From: Bacillota bacterium
Lineage (GTDB): Bacteria; Bacillota; Sulfobacillia; JAJYWN01
Assembly (NCBI GenBank): GCA_021791495.1
Contig: JAJYWN010000060.1
Coordinates: 141,591-205,590, forward strand
Direction: 5' to 3'
Length of the DNA: 64,000 nucleotides
Below the pieces are notes generated by a model. That model was given only the letters and a program-made list of their open reading frames with translations, made no database searches and was not told the origin of the DNA. Both the position numbers and the translations under genes were made by a program. Of the stretch, positions 44,442 through 53,807 are shown one piece after another (position 1 is the first letter of the stretch; each line of letters opens with the position of its first letter).

Positions 44442-44589
44442 CCCATCGCCACTTGCGATCAGCCGGCGGCCGACCGGTCGTCAGGCTCGAAAAAAATGCC
44501 GGATTGATCCGACAAATTCATGGCTGCGGTCCCGGTCTCGGACAAGTCCATACTTTAAGGACAAATGTCAAGACTCAGAAATCAACCTA

Positions 44590-45327
44590 CTAAAGCCTCA
44601 TATACTTGAAAACCCTCTCGGGGATCATCCGAATGCCCAACATGATCCAATACCAGAAGCCAGGCACGTAGAATACGTCTCTTCCGGACTGGATCCCGCG
44701 CACAACTCTCTCTGCAACCCGTTCAGGGGTAGCGACCAATGGTCCCGGACGGACAACCCCGTAGGTCATCTTGGTATCTACAACGCCGAGGAGAACTGTC
44801 ACGACCCGGACCTGTGATCGGGCCATACGGCTTCGGAGACCTTGCAGGAAAGTGACCAATGCAGCTTTAGCTGAGCCATACATGTAGTTGCTCTGTCGCC
44901 CCCGGAGTGCCGCGACAGATGCCAGCGCGCAAATGAAACCTGCATCACGTTCTCCCAGATAACTGGCGGCAAGGTGAAGCACAGAGACATAGGACGAATA
45001 GTTCACGTCGATTACCTTTCGGGCTTCCTTTATACTGCTCTCCGCCTCATTCTGGCTACCCATGTAGCCGTGGCATACGATGACCCCAGTCAAACTAACA
45101 CCCCATGGCTCATCCTCAAACAGAAGATGGTGGGATTCGTACGCGTCGGCCTCAAACGCGCGTACGGCAGTCCGCACACCAAACCGGATGGCCAGATCCG
45201 CCGCAAGGCATTTCAAGTCTGCCGTATCCCTACCAGCCAGGACAAGGTCCCACTTCCGCCGGGCGAACGAAACCGCGATCGCCCGGGCAATCCCAGATGT
45301 CGCTCCCACTATCAGAACGCTGCCCAC
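44590..45327 (-). CDS. SDR family oxidoreductase; DprE2-like by context (follows DprE1 with a 1-nt stop/start overlap)
   Basis: VLIVGATSGIARAIAVSFARR is a TGxxxGxG-type NAD(P)-binding motif. The protein is 245 aa. Confidence 0.75.
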   Translation of the reverse strand: MGSVLIVGATSGIARAIAVSFARRKWDLVLAGRDTADLKCLAADLAIRFGVRTAVRAFEADAYESHHLLFEDEPWGVSLTGVIVCHGYMGSQNEAESSIKEARKVIDVNYSSYVSVLHLAASYLGERDAGFICALASVAALRGRQSNYMYGSAKAALVTFLQGLRSRMARSQVRVVTVLLGVVDTKMTYGVVRPGPLVATPERVAERVVRGIQSGRDVFYVPGFWYWIMLGIRMIPERVFKYMRL

Positions 45328-46727
45328 TATGCCTCCATGATTCCAAGCCTTCGTGCCATCGACGAAGAGAATAGATGGTTCGGGTCTACATGGCTCTTGA
45401 TCTCCTGAAACTGCCCCAGGCGCGGATACATCTCGCGAAACACATCGCGTTTCAGCACGGAATCCTTTGCGAGGTAGACTCGCCCGCCGTTTTCCAGGAC
45501 AACCCCGTCCAGGCGGTTCAGAAGCGCCTCCACTTCCGGTCCGCGAAACGGAAGGTCCAGAGCCAGCGTAAAACCACGCTTCGGAAAACTGAGGAGGCCC
45601 TGCCCCTCCGGACCAAGACTCTTCAGAACAGCGAGGAAGGAGGATGCTCTCGCTGCCGAAAGCATCTCTAGGATGCGGGTCATCCCGCGGAGACTGGTTT
45701 CCGGAGGCAGAACAACCTGGTACTGAACGAATCCACTCCGTCCATACATGCGGTTCCAGTCCAGAATGGCGTCAAGCGGGTAGAAGAATGACTCAAGATG
45801 AACCAGTCGCTGGCCACTACCGTGTCTTCTGAAGTAGACCTCGTTGAATGCCCCGATAGTTGCGGAGTTCAAAGTTCCTGCAGGCAGATAGAAAGGGATC
45901 CGCAGGAACGGGTTCCGGCTGGGTTTCAGCGTCTCGGGAGCGGGATCCGGAGCCGGGTTTCCAAGCATCAGCACGGAACGGCCCAGGCTTCTGCCACCCT
46001 TGAGGCAGTCAATCCAGGCGACAGAGTACTGATACTCCTTCTCCGTAGTCGTGAACATCTCCAACGCCTCATCCAGGTTCCTTGCTCGTAGATACTTGAC
46101 CGAAAACAGAGCCGAGTGGATGCGGACTAAGCGTAGACGGACTGTCAGGATGAACCCTGTCAGGCCGATCCCGCCGACGGTCGCCCAGAATAGGTACGGG
46201 TGGGACTCGCGGGAACAGGTGAGGATTTCACCAGAGGCCAACATCAACCGAAAACTGATGATGCAGTTGGAAAAGGCACCGTCTCGATGGTGGTTCTTGC
46301 CGTGAACATCGTTAGCCACAGCGCCACCCACCGTGACGTGCTTGGTTCCCGGCGTAACGGGCAAGAAGAAACCCCGCGGCAAGAACGTCTGTAGGATGTG
46401 GGCCAGGCTGACGCCGGCCTCGCATTCCAGAACTCCCGTTTCCGGGTCAAAGGACAAGAACCGGTTCAGGTGGGTCAGGAGGACCGTGGCGCCGTCACCG
46501 TTCACCGCTGAGTCGCCATAGCTCCTCCCGAGACCGCGTGCCAAGAGGGAGGAGATCCGGTCATAGGTCAAGAGCTGCTCGGTCTCAGTGGCACTTTCAG
46601 GACGGTAGATCTCGGAGGTCTGCCGCGAGTGGTTTCCCCACCCGGAGATCTCGGCTGTGACAGATCTCAGCACCGGCAACACTCCCTTTTGCACAGTGTT
46701 AGGCATATACGAGACAAATGACGGCAA
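45327..46727 (-). CDS. dprE1: Decaprenylphosphoryl-beta-D-ribose 2'-oxidase-like FAD-dependent oxidoreductase (DprE1 family)
   Basis: The DprE1 signature is VTPGTKHVTVGGAVANDVHGKNHH, with an FAD_binding_4 N-terminus (RGLGRSYGDSA). The start is probably at an internal ATG near 46706. Confidence 0.8.
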   Translation of the reverse strand: MPSFVSYMPNTVQKGVLPVLRSVTAEISGWGNHSRQTSEIYRPESATETEQLLTYDRISSLLARGLGRSYGDSAVNGDGATVLLTHLNRFLSFDPETGVLECEAGVSLAHILQTFLPRGFFLPVTPGTKHVTVGGAVANDVHGKNHHRDGAFSNCIISFRLMLASGEILTCSRESHPYLFWATVGGIGLTGFILTVRLRLVRIHSALFSVKYLRARNLDEALEMFTTTEKEYQYSVAWIDCLKGGRSLGRSVLMLGNPAPDPAPETLKPSRNPFLRIPFYLPAGTLNSATIGAFNEVYFRRHGSGQRLVHLESFFYPLDAILDWNRMYGRSGFVQYQVVLPPETSLRGMTRILEMLSAARASSFLAVLKSLGPEGQGLLSFPKRGFTLALDLPFRGPEVEALLNRLDGVVLENGGRVYLAKDSVLKRDVFREMYPRLGQFQEIKSHVDPNHLFSSSMARRLGIMEA

Positions 46728-47586
46728 CGCCCCAGAGCAACAGGTTAGTTAGCAAAGGCCGGTCGGTGAGGATCGCTTCTTCAGGACTACCGCTCAGGTC
46801 GGTGCGATGCACGAGATAGAGATACCGGAAAAGCCCGTAGATCACGAACGGAATCGTCCACATCATGTTGTAGTTGTGGGTGGCGAAGAAGGTATACAGG
46901 GAATATGCCGTAATCGTGCTGCCGCTTAGGATGCTGAGGAACTGGTCAAGCAACTCGATGGAGTAGGAGTCCAGGACTTTACGGTGGTCACTGCCGGTTG
47001 TCAAGAGCTCTGTGCGCCGTTTGCCGAAGGCCAGGAAAAGAGAGAGAAGCAGCGTGCACACGAACAGCCAAGGGGAGATGGCAACGTTCACCGCTACGGC
47101 GCCTGCCCATGCGCGCATGATAAACCCGAACGCAACAATCATCGCATCTACAATGAAAACATGCTTCAGATGGAACGAGTAAGCCAGATTAACAAAAAAG
47201 TAGATTGCTGTGACGGCCGCAAAACGCCATGACAGAAAGGCCGCCAGAGGAACCCACACAACCGTCAAAAGAACGGCAAAGAGCAAAGCCACCCTAGGAC
47301 TGACGGCTCCTGAAGGAATCGGGCGCTTTCGCTTCTCCGGATGGAGCCGGTCCCGATCTGCATCCGCAATATCGTTGATCACGTAGACCGAGCTTGATAC
47401 GAGACAGAAGGCCAGAAAGCCCTGAAGACTGGGCGCCAGAGTCTGAAACAGAACGCCGGCGAACACCGGACCGGCAAGAAGGAACCCGTTCTTGATCCAT
47501 TGCTTCGGGCGCATTAGGCGCACTAACCCGAGCCAAGGATTGTGGAAGCGACTTATTGTGTCGGAAGTACCCTCAGGGTCGCACAC
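46699..47586 (-). CDS. UbiA-family decaprenyl-phosphate 5-phosphoribosyltransferase-like prenyltransferase (DPPR synthase, Rv3806c-type)
   Basis: LMRPKQWIKNGFLLAGPVFAG..NDIADADRDRLHPEKRKRPIPSG. The protein is polytopic. Confidence 0.75.
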   Translation of the reverse strand: MCDPEGTSDTISRFHNPWLGLVRLMRPKQWIKNGFLLAGPVFAGVLFQTLAPSLQGFLAFCLVSSSVYVINDIADADRDRLHPEKRKRPIPSGAVSPRVALLFAVLLTVVWVPLAAFLSWRFAAVTAIYFFVNLAYSFHLKHVFIVDAMIVAFGFIMRAWAGAVAVNVAISPWLFVCTLLLSLFLAFGKRRTELLTTGSDHRKVLDSYSIELLDQFLSILSGSTITAYSLYTFFATHNYNMMWTIPFVIYGLFRYLYLVHRTDLSGSPEEAILTDRPLLTNLLLWGVAVICLVYA

Positions 47587-47825
47587 CGAATCGCTGCCCC
47601 CTCAATGCCCATGGAGCAATAAGAAACTGGATGTGACGCCGGCAGCCATCTCATGAGACGGCAGTTCGGTCCCGACTCCTTTTCACCTTGCGCCTGGATT
47701 CCCCTTCAGGGTGATTCACAGGCCGGCAGACGGGTGGTGGGAAGGGATACGGTTGGAGGTCAGTTGAATCGGTTTGGCGCGCGGTCCAAACAAGTTTCGG
47801 ATGAGTCCGCGTCGAATACTCCGGT

Positions 47826-50420
47826 ATGAACGAAGACCGGTTGAAATCGGGTCCCCCCAACGGGTCAGGGCCTTTCTTTCGGGAACTCGCGGTTGCCGCG
47901 TCACTGACCGGCCTTACCATTGCCATTGCTCTGTGGCCCATCCTCTCGGCCCCCAACTCCTCGTACCCGGACACCGTGGACGCCCTGGGCCACATGGCCA
48001 AGATCAAGTACATCGCTGATTCGCTGCGGCAGTGGCACATCCCGTCCTGGTTCCCATACTGGTACTCGGGGTCGGCAGTGACCCAATACTACCCGCCGCT
48101 CTCCTACTGGCTCTTGATCCCCATCCAGTTGTTGTTCAGCAACGTGATGATCACGTTCAAGGCCTTTCTCTTCGCGTCAGTGTTCGTTGGCTCCATCGGG
48201 GTATGGTGCTTTAACTGGAGGTTTGTCGGGCCGCGCACCGGGGTAGTCGCCGCCGTCATATATGCGATCCAACCGTATCTTCTTCGCTCACTCGTCCTCC
48301 ACGGGCTGATCGCTCAGGGGCCGATCTACGCCCTTTCTCCCTGGCTCTTGGTCTTTACGATGCTTTTCCTTGAGCGCCCCGGATGGAAGCGTTGGTTGGC
48401 CGTGTGCGTCACCGTCATGCTTCTCGTGCTTTCCCACGCGATGCACGCTTTTCTCGTTGCCATTTTCACGGGACTCGTAGTCTTGGTCTTGTGCAGTCGA
48501 TGGAAAGCCGGCTTTCAGTACCTGGTGAGCTGGGCAGTGGCGGTGGCAGGGGGAGCGGGTCTGGCGGCCTTTTGGTGGGTGCCCGGAGTCACGCAACTGG
48601 ATACCCCTGGTATCCCGTTCCTTATGCCGGAAGTCGCCGAAACATTCACTGCCAATGTGTCCTGGTTTCTGCCGCAAGCACGCCGTGGTGGTGGCTTCTA
48701 CTTTAGCCTCTTGGTTCTTTTGCTCGCCGCGGCTGCCTTGTGGCCGAAGGTCTGGCCGAACAAAGACCGGCGATTGCTCATCGCTCTTGAGGTCTCTTCC
48801 GTCGGGAGCGTGGTGCTTTCTTTCGGCAAAGCGATTCCTCTTTTCCGGTTCATTCCAATGGCGTCCAGTCTTGTCCCCGGCCGCAGCCTAAGCTACGCGT
48901 CATTAGCGACCGCTCTCTTGTCGGCCGTCACCATCACCCAACTAGGCCTGGCCTCCAGGCGGACTGGAAATCGTCTTGCGGTGGGGTTCTTGGTCATTCT
49001 CGCGCTATGGGACCTGAACCCGTTCGCAATCGGCATGGCGACGGACCCGTATCTGAGCCTGCAAAAGAGCCTGGATGTCGTGTCCCCGGCAGAGAAGTCC
49101 TTCGACCGTGGAAGATTCACTTGGATCACCCCGGCCGGCTCCGAGATGACGTACTTCCCCATGATCCATAGCCTGAACATTGCCGAAGGCTGGAATATCG
49201 AAGGTACGCTACATAACCGTGCCATATGGCAACACAACATCGCCATAGCCGTCCAACAAGACGATTACGTGATCGATAACCTCCTGCAGTGGAACGTGCG
49301 TTCCCTGTTCGTGGATGAAGACTACCCTCAGCTCGTAACTGCCCTGAAGGCCCATGGCTTCCGGGAAGTGTCTAGGAACGGCATCACCGTCACCCTGGTC
49401 AGCCTCCGCCCCTCCACCTATTTCATGAAGGCTGACCGCGACGGAGTGGCCATCGGCGCGGCCGCCCGAAACCTGGTCATGTACTTCCCATGGCTTATCG
49501 AGGGCCGCTCGCCGACCTTGGAGGACTATGCCGACGCAGATCTGGCCGGCTTTCGTCTTATCTACCTGGCCGAGCCGAAGGTGAGGAATCCCCAAGCCTT
49601 CGAGGCCGCCCTCCGCAAGCTGGCGTTAGCCGGCAAGACCGTCATCGTCGAATACGGCCGCTCGCGGATCTGGTCGGTGCTGGGAACGTACGCGTATTGG
49701 GACAAGATCACCCAGGGAATCCTGGAGCCGGTCCCAGGCAGCCCTTTCAAGGCAACCGTCCCCTTGCAGCCTGACCCCTTGGGCCAGTCGCCCGTAGTGG
49801 CCGGGCTCGACGGCGTGTGGTACGAGGCCGAGATCGAAGACAGCGCTCTGCGTCCCGGTGTCGGCTACAAAACCGTCGAGAACGGTCGCGTCTTCTTCGT
49901 CAACGACGCCCTCAGCCAGTCGCTGGGCTCCCCCTACGGCAGCCCCATCAAGGAAGCGCTGGGCACCTTGATGGACCTGGTATCGCCCAATAAGGAACTG
50001 GCGCCCGCGCCCTTCCCCATCACCGGTGCCCAGTGGTCGTACAACGGGTGCACGTTCCATTACACCTCCGACAAACCCGACACCATCTGGGTATCCGTGA
50101 CCTACAGCTCCCGCTGGAAGGCCACGGTGGATGGCACCCAGATACCGGTGCGCAACCTGTCAAATCTCATCGCCCTGGATGTTCCACAAGGGGAGCATGA
50201 GGTGGTGCTGGAATACGGCATGAGTTGGGTAGCCTGGGCCGGCGTCGCTCTAAGCGGTTTCGCAGCCCTTCTGGTCCTTATGATCTGCGTCTACTTCGGG
50301 CGTCTCGGCGCCGGCGCCGACTCCGTTCAGAGGTGGTTCGACCGCTGGATCACGACCTGGGCCAACCGTGACGAACACGAGTCGCGGTCCCCCGTGGCTC
50401 GCAATGGAAAGAGGGGTTAG
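47826..50420 (+). CDS. 864-aa polytopic membrane protein with a C-terminal extracytoplasmic domain; candidate GT-C glycosyltransferase using a polyprenyl-phospho-sugar donor (inferred from membrane topology and from position beside the donor-pathway genes, not from any recognised motif)
   Basis: About 13 N-terminal transmembrane segments are followed by a 450-aa soluble region. It is divergent from the DPPR/DprE1/DprE2 operon and followed by the GT2 gene. Only the family is unassigned. Confidence 0.7.
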   Translation: MNEDRLKSGPPNGSGPFFRELAVAASLTGLTIAIALWPILSAPNSSYPDTVDALGHMAKIKYIADSLRQWHIPSWFPYWYSGSAVTQYYPPLSYWLLIPIQLLFSNVMITFKAFLFASVFVGSIGVWCFNWRFVGPRTGVVAAVIYAIQPYLLRSLVLHGLIAQGPIYALSPWLLVFTMLFLERPGWKRWLAVCVTVMLLVLSHAMHAFLVAIFTGLVVLVLCSRWKAGFQYLVSWAVAVAGGAGLAAFWWVPGVTQLDTPGIPFLMPEVAETFTANVSWFLPQARRGGGFYFSLLVLLLAAAALWPKVWPNKDRRLLIALEVSSVGSVVLSFGKAIPLFRFIPMASSLVPGRSLSYASLATALLSAVTITQLGLASRRTGNRLAVGFLVILALWDLNPFAIGMATDPYLSLQKSLDVVSPAEKSFDRGRFTWITPAGSEMTYFPMIHSLNIAEGWNIEGTLHNRAIWQHNIAIAVQQDDYVIDNLLQWNVRSLFVDEDYPQLVTALKAHGFREVSRNGITVTLVSLRPSTYFMKADRDGVAIGAAARNLVMYFPWLIEGRSPTLEDYADADLAGFRLIYLAEPKVRNPQAFEAALRKLALAGKTVIVEYGRSRIWSVLGTYAYWDKITQGILEPVPGSPFKATVPLQPDPLGQSPVVAGLDGVWYEAEIEDSALRPGVGYKTVENGRVFFVNDALSQSLGSPYGSPIKEALGTLMDLVSPNKELAPAPFPITGAQWSYNGCTFHYTSDKPDTIWVSVTYSSRWKATVDGTQIPVRNLSNLIALDVPQGEHEVVLEYGMSWVAWAGVALSGFAALLVLMICVYFGRLGAGADSVQRWFDRWITTWANRDEHESRSPVARNGKRG

Positions 50421-50446
50421 TCTTCATCGTAGTCCTAGTCCTGCCC

Positions 50447-51238
50447 ATGTACAACGAAGAGGAATCCATCCCACTCCTCCGCGCCGACCTGGCGCGGGTC
50501 CAGGGTGTCTTAGTCTCCCACATCGTTGCTGTGGACGATGGCAGTACCGACCGAACCCTCGAACTCCTGGAGGAATGGGCCCTGGACGAGCCGCGCCTGC
50601 GCGTGGTCTCTTACCACCCCAACCGTGGCCTACCCGGCGCCATCCTGGCCGGGTTCCGCGAGGCGGTGGAACTGGGAGCGGGCACCGGAGCGGAGGCTCA
50701 CGGAGGCGAAGACGTCGTCGTCACCATGGACTCCGACGCCAGCCACCCCATCTCCTTGATCCCCGAAATGGTCAGGCGGCTCGCCGCCGGCGCAGACATC
50801 GTTATCGCCTCGCGCCATGCCCCTGGGGCTGCCCAGTTCGGCCTGGCCTGGTACCGTCAGGTGTTCAGCTGGGGCGCCTCGCTCCTCATGCGCCTAGCCT
50901 ATCCCCTGCGCGGCGTACGCGATTACTCGACGAACTACCGGGCCTACCGCGGCGCCCTTCTCCTTGAAGCCCTGAACCGCAGCCCCTCCGGCCGCCTGGC
51001 CGCGGCGCGAGACTTCTCCGGCGTCGTGGAGATGCTTCTCCGCCTGTGCAGCCTGGGCCCGAAGGTGGCAGAGGTGCCCCTGGAACTCCATTACGAACGG
51101 AAGAAATCGCCCAGCAAGGCACAAGTAACGCGGATGATCACCGGCTACTTCCGGCTGGCCCTGAAGAAGAAGACCCGCTCCGCGACGGGTGTGTGCCTTC
51201 CCCTCCTCGACGGGGAGGGTAGCAAGGCTGACAGATAG
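50447..51238 (+). CDS. GT2 polyprenyl-phosphate sugar synthase (Ppm1/GtrB/ArnC-like); the first ATG lies after the beta1 strand
   Basis: PMYNEEESIP..VAVDDGSTDRT...VVTMDSDASHP are the DxD/DAD-type motifs. The upstream in-frame sequence LVFIVVLVLP looks like the missing beta1 strand but has no canonical start codon. Confidence 0.8.
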   Translation: MYNEEESIPLLRADLARVQGVLVSHIVAVDDGSTDRTLELLEEWALDEPRLRVVSYHPNRGLPGAILAGFREAVELGAGTGAEAHGGEDVVVTMDSDASHPISLIPEMVRRLAAGADIVIASRHAPGAAQFGLAWYRQVFSWGASLLMRLAYPLRGVRDYSTNYRAYRGALLLEALNRSPSGRLAAARDFSGVVEMLLRLCSLGPKVAEVPLELHYERKKSPSKAQVTRMITGYFRLALKKKTRSATGVCLPLLDGEGSKADR

Positions 51239-51272
51239 CGGGGTTGCCTGATAGCGTACCCGATAGCTGGAG

Positions 51273-51635
51273 CTACCTGATGGCGAGAATCACGCCTACC
51301 AAAATGAGTCCAATCCCCGCGACCCTGGCCAAACCCACCGTTTCACCAAGAAAGGCCCAGGAAAGAACCGGTACGAAGGCGTAGGATAGGGCGATCATGG
51401 GCTGGGCCCGTGACAGGTCCATCCGCGACAGAACACCCAGCCACAACATCATGCTGGAGGCGAACAGGACCACCCCGCCGATGATGGCGGGCTGTTGGGC
51501 CACCTTGAGGACGGTGGCCGCCCATTCGCCGCCCCCGTACCGTACGCCCCCCATCCGGTTAACGCCGATTTTCAGGAGAAACTGCCCCACACTCCCTAAA
51601 AGGACAGACAACAAAGCCGTGAGTAGCGCGCTCAT
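51273..51635 (-). CDS. ArnE/ArnF-like small EamA/SMR-type transporter, a putative lipid-linked sugar flippase subunit
   Basis: The 120-aa four-TM protein has LLSVLLGSVGQFLLKIG and MDLSRAQPMIALSYAFVPVLSWAFLGE, which align to the ArnE pattern. Confidence 0.65.
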   Translation of the reverse strand: MSALLTALLSVLLGSVGQFLLKIGVNRMGGVRYGGGEWAATVLKVAQQPAIIGGVVLFASSMMLWLGVLSRMDLSRAQPMIALSYAFVPVLSWAFLGETVGLARVAGIGLILVGVILAIR

Positions 51636-51661
51636 TTGGTCCCCCAGTTGCCTCTTTCCGC

Positions 51662-53212
51662 TTATGCTCCGACTCGTCCTTTGGCGTGCCGCCCGCCGCT
51701 GCGGCCTGCGCGACCCGGAGCGGCACCCGCCGCCGTTCGGGCGGTCTCCGACGTCTCAGCCACTCTAGCAGGTCCGCGCTTCCGAGGTGCCTTGAAGAAG
51801 CCTCTTACCCCACCGACCAGCGAGGTGAAAGCCCGGGCCACTCGCTGCCCTTCATTCTCCGCCGACCAACTGGCCGGCTCGTTTAGGGCGTAGATCATGC
51901 CCGACAGGCGCGGCCACCACAGGACGAACCGGTAAATGGGCATGGCGAAGGGCAGGAACCACCACGACCATACTCTCACACCGTATTCCTTCATCAGAAA
52001 GCCCGCCACAGACACGAGAAAACCCAAGTCAATGAGGACATACAGGAAGTAAGTGATCCATAAGGCCAAGGCCACCAGCGGCAGCGAGTACCCCAGGAAG
52101 AACATGAACGGGATAAGGAAAGTCCAGGTCAGCCGCGGGAAGGAGAGCGTATGATCGCTCAGCAGCAGCCTGCCGACGAAATCCCCCAGCGCGAACGTCC
52201 CGTCCCGCCGGTAGTGCTTCGGATACAGCGAAAGCACCTCCAGCTCGCCCCGCTGCCACCTCAGGCGCTGCGCCAAGAACCGAGTCAGGCTGGAGGTCGG
52301 CTCCACGTAGGCCCGGGCGTCCGGAACACAGACCAGGCGCCACCGTCCTCCCATCAGGTTCCTTATGTCGAAACTGACCTTGGTGTCCTCTGACACTGTG
52401 GTGTCGTCATAGCGGTGGGTTCCCAGGAGCGCCTCCCGGCGGAAGACGGAAAATGCCCCGGACAGGGTGAACAAGGTGTTCCGCAGGGACTGCACCCGCC
52501 GCCCGATGCGGAAAGCGGACAGGTACTCCATGATCTCACAAGCGTTGACGATCTTCCACCACCACCGGGTCTCGGAAGGCACCAGGTCGACCATGATGGA
52601 CCCGCAGGCGCCACCGATCTTGTCGTCGGCGTCAAAAGCCTCCACCATCCGCTGGACGGCGTCGGGGGCCAGGCGGGTGTCGGCGTCCACAGTGAAGATC
52701 AGCGAACCGCGGGCCAGGTATGCCCCTGCGTTCAGGGCTTTCGACTTGCCCTTGGCGACCAGATCGATCCAGGTGACGTTTAGTTCCGCGCATTCCTGCT
52801 GTGCCCGCCCATACATCCGGGCGCTGTGGTCGCTGACTCCGTTCCCGATGCACAGGACCTCCATGGCCCGTGCCGGATAGGTCTGGGCCGACAAGGCCTT
52901 GAGGCAGCGGAGAAGCGATTCCTCCGCGTTATAGACGGGCACCACGATGCTGATGAACCTTGGGGGTGGAGTGCTGCGACGCCGCAGGCGTTCTTGCTCC
53001 AACTCCGCCTCGGCCGCGCCACTGATCGGGGCGGCGCCACCGGCCAGGGCGGCGCCCGGCTCGGCCTCTTCCTTCTTCGGAGCCGGCGCCCGGCTGGGCC
53101 GGCGCAGCATCAGGAGCAGATACGACAAGGCCGTCAGGCCATCCACGGCCATGGGGACCAGGGCCCAGATGGCCCAGAACAGGAGAAAGCGCACGATCGC
53201 ATCGCTCAGCAC
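51662..53212 (-). CDS. Membrane-integral processive GT2 glycosyltransferase (PgaC/IcaA/NodC/cellulose-synthase-like)
   Basis: SIVVPVYNAEE, a DAD motif (FTVDADT) and the processive motif QRLRWQRG are present, with flanking transmembrane helices. The GTG start has a GGAGGAG RBS. Confidence 0.85.
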   Translation of the reverse strand: MLSDAIVRFLLFWAIWALVPMAVDGLTALSYLLLMLRRPSRAPAPKKEEAEPGAALAGGAAPISGAAEAELEQERLRRRSTPPPRFISIVVPVYNAEESLLRCLKALSAQTYPARAMEVLCIGNGVSDHSARMYGRAQQECAELNVTWIDLVAKGKSKALNAGAYLARGSLIFTVDADTRLAPDAVQRMVEAFDADDKIGGACGSIMVDLVPSETRWWWKIVNACEIMEYLSAFRIGRRVQSLRNTLFTLSGAFSVFRREALLGTHRYDDTTVSEDTKVSFDIRNLMGGRWRLVCVPDARAYVEPTSSLTRFLAQRLRWQRGELEVLSLYPKHYRRDGTFALGDFVGRLLLSDHTLSFPRLTWTFLIPFMFFLGYSLPLVALALWITYFLYVLIDLGFLVSVAGFLMKEYGVRVWSWWFLPFAMPIYRFVLWWPRLSGMIYALNEPASWSAENEGQRVARAFTSLVGGVRGFFKAPRKRGPARVAETSETARTAAGAAPGRAGRSGGRHAKGRVGA

Positions 53213-53216
53213 GCCG

Positions 53217-53807
53217 CTACTCCTCCAAGATCCGCTTGCGCAGAGTCTCCATGGTCGTCCGGGTGAAGGTATACCAGTATAAGTTGATCACCAGGGCGAA
53301 GAACACCGCCCGGCCCACAACCGTATGTGCCAGGTAGATCGCATCCTTGCCAAAATGCGAAATCATGGCTACGATGACCACGATCCGGACCACGTTGACG
53401 GCGAACGTGAAGAGCAGCCCAGCAGTCAGGTACCCCACCTTACTTATCAACGGCAGTCCCCGGTAGAACAGGACCAGACCGAGAAAGACGATGGACTCCA
53501 GGAGTCCCGAACACTCAATATCGATCTCCACCGCCGTCCACCCGGCTTTCTGGTAGACGATGAGTACCAGTAGTGTCCCGGGGGCGTTGAAGAAAACCCT
53601 GGTCGGAATACCTATCGCGTCACCGACATAGTGCGCCGCCACCGCGCCCGCCGTCTCGACCAGGGATTCCAACGCGGAACCCCGCACGAAGTAGACGAAG
53701 ATGAGAGTGAAGCCCACCGCCCCCACCACGTAGGACAAAAGCCAGGCCCTGGCCCGGCGGAGGAACAGGTAGACCGCCGCCCATAGGGCGATGGCAAGGT
53801 AAATCAT
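53217..53807 (-). CDS. Exosortase/archaeosortase-family protein (XrtG-like)
   Basis: The seven-TM protein has the Cys motif VEIDIECSGLLS and a conserved Arg (NVVRIVVIV). The start ATG overlaps the upstream stop (ATGA). Confidence 0.55.
   Translation of the reverse strand: MIYLAIALWAAVYLFLRRARAWLLSYVVGAVGFTLIFVYFVRGSALESLVETAGAVAAHYVGDAIGIPTRVFFNAPGTLLVLIVYQKAGWTAVEIDIECSGLLESIVFLGLVLFYRGLPLISKVGYLTAGLLFTFAVNVVRIVVIVAMISHFGKDAIYLAHTVVGRAVFFALVINLYWYTFTRTTMETLRKRILEE

Noticed and set aside
46699-46727. 29-nt overlap between the DprE1-like and UbiA-like ORFs
   Set aside because: This is not a real overlap. DprE1 most likely starts at the internal ATG (MPNTVQKG...) about 21 nt downstream, leaving a conventional short overlap. 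Hand-indexed coordinates in this line were inconsistent by 1 nt, so exact positions are approximate.
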